This document shows positions 26,401-37,534 of a stretch of 64,000 nucleotides of DNA, piece after piece. The stretch's first letter is position 1; each line of letters opens with the position of its first letter. A program made the translations under genes and the position numbers. The stretch is taken from assembly GCA_031372565.1 (NCBI GenBank), contig JANMLN010000054.1:13492-77491 (forward strand), read 5' to 3'. Origin of the DNA: Gemmatimonadota bacterium. Its GTDB lineage: Bacteria > Gemmatimonadota > Gemmatimonadetes > Gemmatimonadales > Gemmatimonadaceae. The notes below the pieces were generated by a model. The model was not told the DNA's origin. It saw only the letters and a program-made list of their open reading frames with translations, and did not search any database.

Positions 26401-29400
26401 GCGGGCCGCGCGATCGGTCCCGACGGGCCGCAGCCCATCGGCACGGTCGCGATGCTGGTCTCGCTCGGCCTGCTCGTGGCGCTCTGGGGAATGGCGCCGT
26501 TCATCGCCCATTGGATGAGCCAGCCGCGCACGCCGCACGTGGCGCCCTTCTCCGACGCGGCGCGCGCGCGCGCGCTCGCCTATGCGCGCACGCACTGGGG
26601 CTTCTTCGCCCGGTTCGCCGACGCCTCCACCGCGTGGCTCGCCCCCGACAACGAGCAGGAGGACCCGACGCGCGTCATCGCGATGCGCACCTCGCCCACG
26701 AACATCGGCCTGCAGCTGCTCTCCACGGCGAGCGCGTACGACCTGGGGATCATCCCGATCGAGGAGATGACCGAGCGCCTCGAGCGCGCCTTCGGCTCGC
26801 TCGACCGGATGGCACGATTCCGCGGGCACTTCCTCAACTGGTATTCGCTGCCCGACCTCGCCGTGCTCGACCCCGGCTACGTCTCCACGGTCGACAGCGG
26901 CAATCTTGCCGGGCACCTGATCGCCCTGCGGCAGGCCTGCTGCGGCTTCGCCGCCGGTGCGCTCGCCACGTCGCCCAAGCTCGCGTCGCGCCTCGAGCAT
27001 CTCGCCGGACGCATGGACACGATGGTGCTCGAGATGGATTTCGCCTTCCTCTTCGACGACACCACCAAGCTCTTCCGCATCGGCTTCAACACCGCCACGC
27101 ACCAGCACGACGAGTCGTCGTACGACCTGCTCGCCTCCGAGGCGCGCCTCGCGAGCTTCATCGCGATCGCCAAGCATGATGTCGCGCCCGAGCACTGGTT
27201 CAGGCTGGGGCGCATGCTCACGCTCGCGCACGGACGGGCCGCGCTCGTGTCGTGGAGCGGGTCGATGTTCGAGTACCTCATGCCGCTGCTGGTGATGCGC
27301 GCCTTCCCGCAGTCCCTCCTCGGGCTCACGTACGAGGGGGCGATCGAGCGGCAGGCGCGCTACGGCGCCAAGCGCGGCGTGCCGTGGGGGATCAGCGAGA
27401 GCACGTACAACGTGCGCGACCGGCACCTCACGTACCAGTACCGCGCGTTCGGCGTCCCCGATCTCGCGCTGCAGCGCGGACTCGCGCGCGACCTCGTGGT
27501 GGCGCCGTACGCCTCGGCCCTCGCGGTGATGGTCGATCCCGAGCGCGCGCTCGCCAACCTCGCGCGGCTCGAGGCGCTGGGCGCGCTCGGCGAGTTCGGC
27601 TTCTACGATGCGCTCGACTACACCCGCCCCACCGATGACGAGTCGTACGCGACGGTGCGCACGCATATGGCCCACCACGTGGGGATGACGATCGTGGCCC
27701 TCGCCAACGCCTTGATGTCGCAGCGCTGGCAGGAGCGGTTCCACGCCGACCCGATGGTGCGCGCGGCGGCGCTGCTGCTCGACGAGCGCGTGCCGCGGCG
27801 GCTCGAGTTCCAGGAACCGCAGTTCGTCGCCACGGGGGTCTCCGCGCCCGATGCGCAGGTGGATCGGCCGGTCGTGCGCGAGTACGGCACCGTCGACACG
27901 CCGCGCCCGCATGTCGCGCTGCTGGGCCACGCCCCGATGACGGTCATGGTCACGCACGCTGGCGGCGGCTTCAGTCGGTTCGAAGGGCTCTCCGTCACCC
28001 GCTGGCGCTCCGACGGGACGCGCGACGACTCTGGGGAATTCTGCTACGTGAAGGACCTCGGCACCGGGCACACCTGGTCGTCGGGACACCAGCCCACCGG
28101 CACCATCGCCGAGAGCTATCGCGCCTCGCTCGCGACCGACCGCGTCACGATCCTCCGCACCGACGGTGCGCTCGAGACGCGCACCGAGATCGTCGTCGCC
28201 CCGGAAGACGCCGCCGAGATCCGCCGGGTTACCGTCACCAACAACAGCGGCACCGTGCGCGAGGTGGAGCTCACGAGCTTCGGCGAGATCGTCCTCGCCC
28301 CGCGTGCCGCCGACCGCGTGCATCCGGCCTTCGGCAACCTCTTCGTCGAGACGGAGTGGCATGAGTGGTGCCACACCATCACCGCCACGCGCCGGCCGCG
28401 CTCGGCGGAGGAGGCGACCGTCTGGTGCGCGCACGTGGTCGACACCGGCAAGCACCGCGTCGGCGCCGTCACGTACGAGACCGATCGCGCGCGCTTCATC
28501 GGGCGCGGTCGCTCCACCCGGGAGCCCGCCGCCCTCCAACCGGGCGGCGAACTCTCCGGTACCACGGGCGCGGTGCTCGACCCCATCTTCGCCATCCGCG
28601 TGAAGGTGCGCCTCGAGCCGGGCGAGTCCGAGTCGGTCGCCTTCACCACCATCGTCGCCACGTCGCGCGAACGGATCTTCGCCCTCACCGATCTGTACCA
28701 TGGCGCCCACGCGGCCCGCCGCGCGCTCGACCTCGCCTGGACCTCCACGCAGATCGAGCTCCGCGAGCTGGGGATCTCCCCGGCCGACGCCGCCGCCTGC
28801 CAGGAACTCGCGGGCTACATCCTCTTCCCCGACAGCGTCACGCGCGCGCCGAGCCTCGGGCTCGCGCGCAACGACGGCTGGCAGCAGACGCTCTGGGCGC
28901 ACGGCATCAGCGGCGACTGGCCGGTGGTGCTCGCGACGATCGACAGCGCCGAGGGGCTCGCGTCGCTGCAACCCCTGCTCACCGCGCACCGCTACTGGCG
29001 CCTGAGGGGGGTGAACGTGGACCTGCTCGTGGTGAGCAACGAGCCGCAGAGCTACCTGCAGGACCTCCGCGAACGGATCACCGCACTGTTGCTCGCCACC
29101 GACGGCTCGTCGATGCTCGACGCGTCGGGCGGGGTGCACCTCCGCAATCGCTCCGCGCTCGGCCCGGCGGACTTCGACACCATCTCGGCGGTCGCGCGGT
29201 TGAGCATCCCCTGCGATGGCCGCACGCTGGCGCGCATCGTGCGCGACGTCGAGCAGCTCACGGACGCACCGGAGTCGCCCTTCTCGGCGGAACCGATCGA
29301 GGCCATGTCGATCGAGAAGGAACGACGCCCCGCCGCGCACGCCACCGCGCTCACCCGCAGCACGGGCTCCTTCGAACGGCTGCAGTTCGAGAACGGGCGC

Positions 29401-31866
29401 GGCGGGCTCACCGTGGCGGGCCGGTACAGGATCCGCGTGCAGGGCGACCAGCTCCCGCCGGCGCCGTGGGCGAACGTGATCGCGAACACGCGCGCCGGTT
29501 TCGTCGTCACCGAGCAGGGCGGCGGCTTCACCTGGGCCACGAGCTCGTACTTCTATCGTCTCACGCCCTGGTTCAACGACCCGGTGAGCGACCCGGTGGG
29601 CGAGGTGCTCTACCTGCGCGACGAGGAGAACGGCGAGTTCTGGAGCGCGACGCCCGCCCCCGTGCGGCGCGGCATCGCGTACGACGTCGAGCATGGCGCC
29701 GGCCTGAGCGTCTTCCGCCACGAGCACGCGGGGATCATCACGCGGCTCACGATGGGCGTCGCCGGCGAGGATCCGGTGAAGCTCTCGATCATCCGCGTCA
29801 CGAACAACAGCGGTCGTCCCCGCCGGCTCACGCTCACCTCGTACGTCAAGTGGACCCTCGGCGTGCTGCGCGAACTCACGCAGCACCGGGTGCGCACGCG
29901 CTTCGACGCCGCGCACGGCGCCGTCCTCGCGGACAATCCGTTCGATCCCCAGTTCGCCGCGACCGTCGCCTTCTCCGCGATGAGCGCCCCGGTCGCCACG
30001 CACACCGGCGACCGCCGCGAGTTCATCGGCCGCAACGACTCGCCCGCCGACCCGGCCGCGCTGCGTCGTCCCGCGCTCGGCGAACGCACCGGACTCGGCG
30101 TCGATCCCTGTGCCGCACTGCGCACCGTGCTCGATCTCGCGCCCGGCGAATCGCGCACCATCGTCGTGTTGCTCGGCGCGGCTCCCGACGACGCCGAGGC
30201 GCGGCGCCTGCTCGCGGCGTATCGCGACGTGGCGCGCGCCGAGGCCGCGCTCGACCAGACCGTCCAGGCGTGGGACGACCGGCTGAGCGTCGTCGCCGTG
30301 CGCACGCCGGAGCCCAGCTTCGACGCGATCGTGAACCGATGGAGCCTGTATCAGGCACTCGCGTGCCGGCTCTGGGCGCGTTCGGCCACGTACCAGAGCA
30401 GCGGCGCGTTCGGCTTCCGCGACCAGTTGCAGGACGCCATGGCGTTGGTCTATGCCGAGCCCGAACTCGCGCGCGCGCAGCTTCTCCGCGCCGCGGCCCG
30501 CCAGTTCCCCGAGGGCGACGTCCAGCACTGGTGGCATCCGGAGAGCGGCCGCGGCGTGCGCACGCGCTTCTCCGACGACCTCGCCTGGTTGCCGTACGTG
30601 GTGGAGCAGTACGTCCGGGTCACCGGCGATCGCTCGGTGCTCGACGAGGAGGTCGCGTTCATCACCATGCGGGCGCTCGAGCCGGCCGAGCACGAGGTGT
30701 ACGACCTGCCGCACGTGAGCGAGGATCGCGCGAGCATCTACGAGCACTGCCGCCGCGCCCTCATGAAGGCGTGCACCACCGGCGCCCACGGATTGCCGCT
30801 CATCGGCACCGGCGACTGGAACGACGGGATGAGCCGCGTGGGCAAGGACGGACGCGGCGAGAGTGTCTGGCTCGGCTGGTTCCTCGTCGCGACGCTGCGC
30901 GCCTTCGCCCCCATCGCCGCCGCGCGCGGCGATGCCGCGAGCGACGCGACCTTCCGTGCACAGGCCGACCGCTACGTGGACGCGATCGAGAAGGAAGGCT
31001 GGGACGGCGCCTGGTACCGCCGTGCCTTCTTCGACGACGGCACGCCGCTCGGCTCGAGCACGGAGCCCGAGTGCCGGATCGATTCGATCGCGCAGAGCTG
31101 GAGCGTCATCTCCGGTGCCGGACGCCCCGATCGCCAGGCGCAGGCCATGCGCGCGCTCGAGGAGCAGCTCGTCGACCCGCTCGCGCGACTCATCAAGCTC
31201 CTCACCCCGCCGTTCGACAAGACCCCGCACGACCCCGGCTACATCAAGGGCTACGTCCCCGGCGTCCGCGAGAACGGGGCGCAGTACACGCACGCTGCCC
31301 TCTGGGCCGTGCTGGCCGCCGCGCGCCGCGGCGACGGCACCAAGGCCGTCTCCTGGTTCCAGATGCTCAACCCCTTCACGCACACCGACACGCCCGAGGG
31401 CGTCGCGACCTATCGCGTGGAGCCGTACGTCGTCGCCGCCGACGTGTACACCACGCGGGGCGCGCTCGGGCGCGGCGGGTGGACCTGGTACACGGGATCA
31501 GCGAGCTGGATGTACCGCGTGGGGCTCGAGGCGATTGTCGGCTTCCAGAAGACCGGCGACACGCTACGGATCGAACCCTGCGTGCCGGAGACCTGGCCGG
31601 AACTGGGGGTCGAGTATCGGTTCGCGCGGTCGACGTACTCGATCACCGTGACGCTCCCCGGTCTGTTGCGGACGCTGGGCGCGCGCGTGACGCTCGACGG
31701 CGAGGAACTCGCGGATGGGGCCGTCCCGCTCGTGGATGACGGACTGCGGCACGTGGTGATCATCACGCCGCTGGAGCCGCAGGCGCTCGACGCCCAGTCG
31801 CCTCGAGACATTGGGTCGTCTGCCCTAGTGACACCGGTTGCAGGGAAGGCTAGAATCGCGCTGTAG
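23497..31866 (+). CDS. ndvB: Cyclic beta-1,2-glucan synthase-like giant protein (GT84 glycosyltransferase plus GH94 phosphorylase-like region)
   Basis: 2789 aa. Multiple TM segments. GT region VITLDADTVLPPDE...QPRV...HDLIEG...RRHRWIRGDWQ. C-terminal GH94-type blocks FGFRDQLQD and GTGDWNDGM. The start may be ATG 23506 instead of GTG 23497. The symbol is given by family analogy only. Confidence 0.9.
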   Translation: MVGMNTLFSRRAIPRRPPPSVEDVYAGPIRGELLGAERLADRARGLAKAQQAIHERRKRRLREPPARLLIRLAQTRRILEGAEVRLTAAAQRGTDIGPAGDWFLDNFHVVREHASQVHESLPEDYFRELPILTHGTLAAYPRVYEIAITLISHAEARIDLDNVDVFVGAFQERLVLSLGELWAVPAMLRLGLIESVRRMTLRTLERLDEIEAADKWTAHILSRSALGQDAMRGAIAEFVEERHVLTPTFVSRLLQQLRASAGAVPPLVGIEQWFAEEGFGPTEAATRAAERLAMTTHVMANSIMSLRSIGPRDWSRFVERQSAVERELRGDPSGDYPHMTFATRDTYRHAVERMAKHAGATEVQVAQRAVAHARGFADDPRLSHVGYWLVDRGVGAFEATIGYAAPRPLRVRRWLRRQPNLVYTSAIASGTLVALGLLQWAAGAEARTSWIVVSVVGLLLAFDIAVSLMTQAVTAFLPPRLLPRLDFTQVGIPAGCRTAVVVPTLVANIPEVEAALSGLEVQFLANRRSHLHYALLSDYADAATETCPDDAAILAAAVRGVEALNDRYAPVTRDAFYLFHRDRQWNESQGVWMGWERKRGKLAQFNRFLRGTANGAFAVTVGSVEVLRQVKYVITLDADTVLPPDEALALVGAIAHPLNRAVFDPVKSRVVEGYGILQPRVNVSLASAQRSRFAAIHSGHPGVDPYTTAVSDVYQDLYGEGSYTGKGIYDVDVFETATHGRFPENTLLSHDLIEGNYARAGLVTDIMLFDDYPARYLTFWRRRHRWIRGDWQLLRWLTRTVPGPAGPERNRLSFLARWKILDNLRRSTVEMAQLVFLLAGWLHLTGTSLRWTALGLLAVAAPWIIALTIAVVKPARDKSLRAYYGAVWRDAVTSAEQFGLTIVFLPQQAWLAADAIARTLWRLAVSRRSLLEWQPAALAEKATLHSLGLAWRTMWPAALTPVLFFAFVAGRAIGPDGPQPIGTVAMLVSLGLLVALWGMAPFIAHWMSQPRTPHVAPFSDAARARALAYARTHWGFFARFADASTAWLAPDNEQEDPTRVIAMRTSPTNIGLQLLSTASAYDLGIIPIEEMTERLERAFGSLDRMARFRGHFLNWYSLPDLAVLDPGYVSTVDSGNLAGHLIALRQACCGFAAGALATSPKLASRLEHLAGRMDTMVLEMDFAFLFDDTTKLFRIGFNTATHQHDESSYDLLASEARLASFIAIAKHDVAPEHWFRLGRMLTLAHGRAALVSWSGSMFEYLMPLLVMRAFPQSLLGLTYEGAIERQARYGAKRGVPWGISESTYNVRDRHLTYQYRAFGVPDLALQRGLARDLVVAPYASALAVMVDPERALANLARLEALGALGEFGFYDALDYTRPTDDESYATVRTHMAHHVGMTIVALANALMSQRWQERFHADPMVRAAALLLDERVPRRLEFQEPQFVATGVSAPDAQVDRPVVREYGTVDTPRPHVALLGHAPMTVMVTHAGGGFSRFEGLSVTRWRSDGTRDDSGEFCYVKDLGTGHTWSSGHQPTGTIAESYRASLATDRVTILRTDGALETRTEIVVAPEDAAEIRRVTVTNNSGTVREVELTSFGEIVLAPRAADRVHPAFGNLFVETEWHEWCHTITATRRPRSAEEATVWCAHVVDTGKHRVGAVTYETDRARFIGRGRSTREPAALQPGGELSGTTGAVLDPIFAIRVKVRLEPGESESVAFTTIVATSRERIFALTDLYHGAHAARRALDLAWTSTQIELRELGISPADAAACQELAGYILFPDSVTRAPSLGLARNDGWQQTLWAHGISGDWPVVLATIDSAEGLASLQPLLTAHRYWRLRGVNVDLLVVSNEPQSYLQDLRERITALLLATDGSSMLDASGGVHLRNRSALGPADFDTISAVARLSIPCDGRTLARIVRDVEQLTDAPESPFSAEPIEAMSIEKERRPAAHATALTRSTGSFERLQFENGRGGLTVAGRYRIRVQGDQLPPAPWANVIANTRAGFVVTEQGGGFTWATSSYFYRLTPWFNDPVSDPVGEVLYLRDEENGEFWSATPAPVRRGIAYDVEHGAGLSVFRHEHAGIITRLTMGVAGEDPVKLSIIRVTNNSGRPRRLTLTSYVKWTLGVLRELTQHRVRTRFDAAHGAVLADNPFDPQFAATVAFSAMSAPVATHTGDRREFIGRNDSPADPAALRRPALGERTGLGVDPCAALRTVLDLAPGESRTIVVLLGAAPDDAEARRLLAAYRDVARAEAALDQTVQAWDDRLSVVAVRTPEPSFDAIVNRWSLYQALACRLWARSATYQSSGAFGFRDQLQDAMALVYAEPELARAQLLRAAARQFPEGDVQHWWHPESGRGVRTRFSDDLAWLPYVVEQYVRVTGDRSVLDEEVAFITMRALEPAEHEVYDLPHVSEDRASIYEHCRRALMKACTTGAHGLPLIGTGDWNDGMSRVGKDGRGESVWLGWFLVATLRAFAPIAAARGDAASDATFRAQADRYVDAIEKEGWDGAWYRRAFFDDGTPLGSSTEPECRIDSIAQSWSVISGAGRPDRQAQAMRALEEQLVDPLARLIKLLTPPFDKTPHDPGYIKGYVPGVRENGAQYTHAALWAVLAAARRGDGTKAVSWFQMLNPFTHTDTPEGVATYRVEPYVVAADVYTTRGALGRGGWTWYTGSASWMYRVGLEAIVGFQKTGDTLRIEPCVPETWPELGVEYRFARSTYSITVTLPGLLRTLGARVTLDGEELADGAVPLVDDGLRHVVIITPLEPQALDAQSPRDIGSSALVTPVAGKARIAL

Positions 31867-31897
31867 ACGTTCCGTCTCCCTCAACGGCCGCCGAACT

Positions 31898-33457
31898 GTG
31901 ACGCGACGATTCTGCCTGCTGGTCCTCGCACTGCTCGCCTCGACTGGCTGCGGCAGCTTTCCACGCACCGTGAATCGGACCCTCATCCGACCCGACTCGG
32001 CTGGCTCGCTTGCGGCGCCCACGCCGACGAGTCCGTTCCTCAAGGCACATCTCAAGTCGGGAGAGGTTGCGCTCTTTTCGGCGTGGAGTGTGGATTCTTC
32101 CGCCGGCGTCGTCTCTGGCACGGCGCTGCGTCAGGACATCAACCGACGCCTCGTCCGCGGCGACGGGCCGGTGCGCATTGCGCTGGACTCGGTCGCCCTG
32201 TTCGAGACCAACACGATCGCCTCACACGGGTCGGTGGTCGCCATGGCGATCATGACCGGCGTCTCGATCGGCATGACCGTGTACTGCATCCAGAATCCCA
32301 AGGCGTGCTTCGGTTCGTGTCCCACCTTCTACGTGAAGGACGCGGGCACCGACCGGCTGGTCGCCGAAGGGTTCTCGTCCAGCGTGTCGCCGGCGCTCGA
32401 GGCAACGGATCTCGACGCGATCGCCGAGGTGGAGGCGGGGCAACGCACCTTTGCGCTGGAAATGCGCGACGAGGCGCTCGAGACCCACAACGTCCGGTGG
32501 GCCGACCTGCTGGTCGTGCCCCATGCGGAGGGCGAGGCGGTGATTGCGGATCGCACGGGCCGTTTTCTGCGCACGGGGCCCTGGGCGGCCCCGGAGCAGT
32601 GCCGCGCACCGGAGGGTGATTGTCAGCTCGCGGTGGCTGCGCGCGATGCCCGGGAGCGCTTCAGCGGTGCCGATTCGACCGACCTCGCCGCGCGGGAGGT
32701 CGTGGAACTCACCTTCGAACGTCCGCAGGGTCGTGCGGGACCGACGGCACTCGTCCTCGGCTCTCGCCAGACGCTGCTCAGCACCTTCCTGTTCTATCAG
32801 GAGCTCGCGTACATGGGCCGGGAAGCCGGTTCGTGGTTCGCCGCGCTCGAACGCGGGGTGCCGAACGCGCGCGCGAGTGCGCTTGGCATCGACCACGCAC
32901 TCGGCCGGATCGAAGTCGAGGTTGAAGGCGCCGATGGTGCGTGGCACCCCGCTGGCGAAGTCGGTGAAAGCGGCCCGCTCGCGTCCGACGTGCAGTCGCT
33001 GGTGTTGCCACCCCTCGGAAGCGGCCCCGTGCGCGTGCGGCTGCGCATGGCGCGCGGCTTGTGGCGCCTCGATCTCGTCGCGCTGGCCCCCGTTCTTGGC
33101 GAGGCCACGGCGCTCCGCGTCCGGCCGACGCGCGTGCGACGTGCCGGCACGGACGACGGCGAGGCGTTGGGTCGCCTCACCGACGACGCGCGCTTCCTGA
33201 CCACGTTGCCGGGCGATGCCCTCACGCTGGAATACGCGCTGCCCGTCCCCGAGCGCCGCCGCGCGATCTTTCTTGAATCACGCGGCTACTATCTCGAATG
33301 GATGCGTGACGAGTGGTTGGCCGACGAGAGCGCGGAGCGCGCCATGATGATGATGAGCGATCCTGCACGCGCGCTGCGCGAGCTCGCGCCCGCCTTCAAG
33401 CGCACCGAGGCGCAGATGGAAGCCGCGTTCTGGAGGAGTCGCTATGTGGCGCGCTAG
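31898..33457 (+). CDS. Lipoprotein, hypothetical (519 aa) with C-x6-C-x3-C motif
   Basis: The GTG at 31898 gives VTRRFCLLVLALLASTGC (lipobox), 31 nt after the synthase stop. Hydrophobic stretch then YCIQNPKACFGSCPTFYV (32285..32320). No family recognised. Confidence 0.7.
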   Translation: MTRRFCLLVLALLASTGCGSFPRTVNRTLIRPDSAGSLAAPTPTSPFLKAHLKSGEVALFSAWSVDSSAGVVSGTALRQDINRRLVRGDGPVRIALDSVALFETNTIASHGSVVAMAIMTGVSIGMTVYCIQNPKACFGSCPTFYVKDAGTDRLVAEGFSSSVSPALEATDLDAIAEVEAGQRTFALEMRDEALETHNVRWADLLVVPHAEGEAVIADRTGRFLRTGPWAAPEQCRAPEGDCQLAVAARDARERFSGADSTDLAAREVVELTFERPQGRAGPTALVLGSRQTLLSTFLFYQELAYMGREAGSWFAALERGVPNARASALGIDHALGRIEVEVEGADGAWHPAGEVGESGPLASDVQSLVLPPLGSGPVRVRLRMARGLWRLDLVALAPVLGEATALRVRPTRVRRAGTDDGEALGRLTDDARFLTTLPGDALTLEYALPVPERRRAIFLESRGYYLEWMRDEWLADESAERAMMMMSDPARALRELAPAFKRTEAQMEAAFWRSRYVAR

Positions 33458-33986
33458 CGCGTGGAGGCGCTCGGCGTGGGCCGTGGCCAGCTCCGTCCTG
33501 TTGGGGGGCTGCTACTACTCGAAGGCGCTCCCGGGTGAGCTGCCGACCGCGGACAACGTGGCCCGCGACAGCTTCGGGGCGTGGGTGAGGCTTCAATGGT
33601 TGAGCCCGCAGTTCGAGGAGCGCGCGGTGGTGGGCGAGCTGATCGCGCTCACCCCCGACACCGCGTTCGTGCTCACCTGGGAGTCGTTGGTCGCGCTCCC
33701 GGTGCCCGCCATTCGGCGCGTCGAAGCGGAGCTCTATGACCAGCCCAAGACGCCGCTGACGCTGTGGACAGCGGCGGGTATTGTCTCGTCGTTGTACACC
33801 CACGGCTTCTTTTTCTTCAGCGTGGCCCCGGCATGGGGGCTGACGGGTGCCTTGTCGATGGCGGGCTCGTCCAAGGCGCCCGCGCACGACGCACTCTCTC
33901 CGACCGTGGCGAAGTTCGCCCGCTTCCCGCAGGGTCTGCCGGCGGGGCTGGACCGGACGGCGCTCAAGCCGCGGCCACGCCGCTAG
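33444..33986 (+). CDS. Lipoprotein, hypothetical (180 aa) with C-terminal hydrophobic hairpin
   Basis: The ATG overlaps the preceding gene by 14 nt. Lipobox VLLGGC. Hydrophobic LTLWTAAGIVSSLYTHGFFFFSVAPAWGLTGALSMAG. Confidence 0.65.
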   Translation: MWRASAWRRSAWAVASSVLLGGCYYSKALPGELPTADNVARDSFGAWVRLQWLSPQFEERAVVGELIALTPDTAFVLTWESLVALPVPAIRRVEAELYDQPKTPLTLWTAAGIVSSLYTHGFFFFSVAPAWGLTGALSMAGSSKAPAHDALSPTVAKFARFPQGLPAGLDRTALKPRPRR

Positions 33987-34008
33987 CCTCGACGTCCTGC
34001 CGTCGAGG
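33987..34008 (+). terminator. Hairpin directly after the lipoprotein gene stop
   Basis: CCTCGACG-tcctgc-CGTCGAGG starts 1 nt after TAG 33984..33986 and is followed by TATCGGCTGTTGAT. Confidence 0.4.
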
Positions 34009-34110
34009 TATCGGCTGTTGATGGCGCGGCACTCTTGGCCGCGTCGCGCCGATATCTTTAGCCCGAGCGCCAGCGCGACCACGAAACCGGACGACCTTCG
34101 GCGTGGTTGA

Positions 34111-36378
<2,268 letters not shown>

Positions 36379-36408
36379 TGCAACGGGGCGGGGCAGGGTG
36401 ACGCAACA

Positions 36409-36450
36409 GGGAGGCGCCTCGGTGAGAACCGGAGCGCCTCCCTTCTGCTT
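36409..36450 (+). terminator. Rho-independent-type terminator between convergent katG and korB
   Basis: GGGAGGCGC (36409..36417) pairs perfectly with GCGCCTCCC (36434..36442) and is followed by TTCTGCTTGT. Confidence 0.6.
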
Positions 36451-36478
36451 GTATCGCAGTACCGACCGACCGCCTGCC

Positions 36479-37534
36479 CTACCGGTACTCGCTCATCAGC
36501 GCGTCGAGCGCCGCGCTCCCGGGACACAACAGGTCGAACGGCAGGTCGATCAGCGGCGTCTCCACCGTGTGCATCATGTCGTGCATCTCCCGGCCCGATC
36601 CGTCGACGAACAACAGCCCGGTCGCGAGTTCGCCGCGAGCGTCACAGGCGGCCACATGCGCGTACGCCGAAGCGCGGCTGGTCGGGTCGTAGTCGGGCGA
36701 CGTGGCATGCAGGCGTACGCTCGCCCCGTGATGCAGCGCCACCTCGCTCAGGCCCGCAGCCGCCTCGTCGACCGTGATCGCGCGCTGGATCGGGATGAAG
36801 TCGGCGTGGACCTCCTCCACATCATGCGCCCGCGTGTAGGCGTAGCTCTTGGTGGAGCCCTCGTGATCGTTGAAGGTCACGCAGGGGCTGATCACGTCCA
36901 CGAGCGCAAAGCCATGGTGTGACAACCCGGCCTTGAGAATCGGCACGAGCTGCTGCTTGTCACCGGAGAACGAGCGAGCCACGAAGGTCGCGCCGAGCGA
37001 GAGCGCCAGCAGCACCGGATCGATCGGCGCCTGCTCGTTGGCCTCACCCTTCTTGCTCTTCGAACCGATGTCCGCCGACGCGGAAAACTGGCCCTTGGTC
37101 AGTCCGTACACGCCGTTGTTCTCGAGCACGTACAGCATGTTCACGTTGCGGCGGATCGCGTGCGACAGCTGCCCGAGTCCGATCGAGAGCGAGTCGCCAT
37201 CGCCCGACACCCCGATGAAGGTCAGCGAGCGGTTCGCCGCCGCCGCGCCCGACGTGACCGACGGCATGCGTCCGTGCACGCTGTTGAAGCCATGCGACTG
37301 CTTCATGAAGTACGCGGTCGTCTTGGACGAGCAGCCGATGCCGCTCATCTTGGCGGCGCCGTGTGGCGGCAGGGCGAGTTCCCACGTCGCTTGCACGATG
37401 GCGGCGGTCACCGAGTCGTGGCCGCATCCGGCGCACAGCGTGCTCATCGCGCCCTCGTAGTCGCGAAGCGTGAGGCCGAGCGCATTGGTGCGTGCGCCGG
37501 GATGGCTGACGGGGGGCTTGGTGATGGAGGTCAT
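36479..37534 (-). CDS. korB: 2-oxoacid:ferredoxin oxidoreductase beta subunit (TPP-binding)
   Basis: LCAGCGHDS, GVSGDGDSLSIGLGQLSHAIRRNVNMLYVLENNGVYGLTKGQ (TPP motif). The ATG overlaps the korA stop (ATGA, 37531..37534). Confidence 0.92.
   Translation of the reverse strand: MTSITKPPVSHPGARTNALGLTLRDYEGAMSTLCAGCGHDSVTAAIVQATWELALPPHGAAKMSGIGCSSKTTAYFMKQSHGFNSVHGRMPSVTSGAAAANRSLTFIGVSGDGDSLSIGLGQLSHAIRRNVNMLYVLENNGVYGLTKGQFSASADIGSKSKKGEANEQAPIDPVLLALSLGATFVARSFSGDKQQLVPILKAGLSHHGFALVDVISPCVTFNDHEGSTKSYAYTRAHDVEEVHADFIPIQRAITVDEAAAGLSEVALHHGASVRLHATSPDYDPTSRASAYAHVAACDARGELATGLLFVDGSGREMHDMMHTVETPLIDLPFDLLCPGSAALDALMSEYR

Noticed and set aside
26281-31383. 1700-aa minus-strand ORF opposite the glucan synthase gene
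   Set aside because: Same reasoning. The plus-strand frame carries unambiguous GT84/GH94 motifs, while the antisense product is repetitive R/G/A/E/V-rich sequence without domains.
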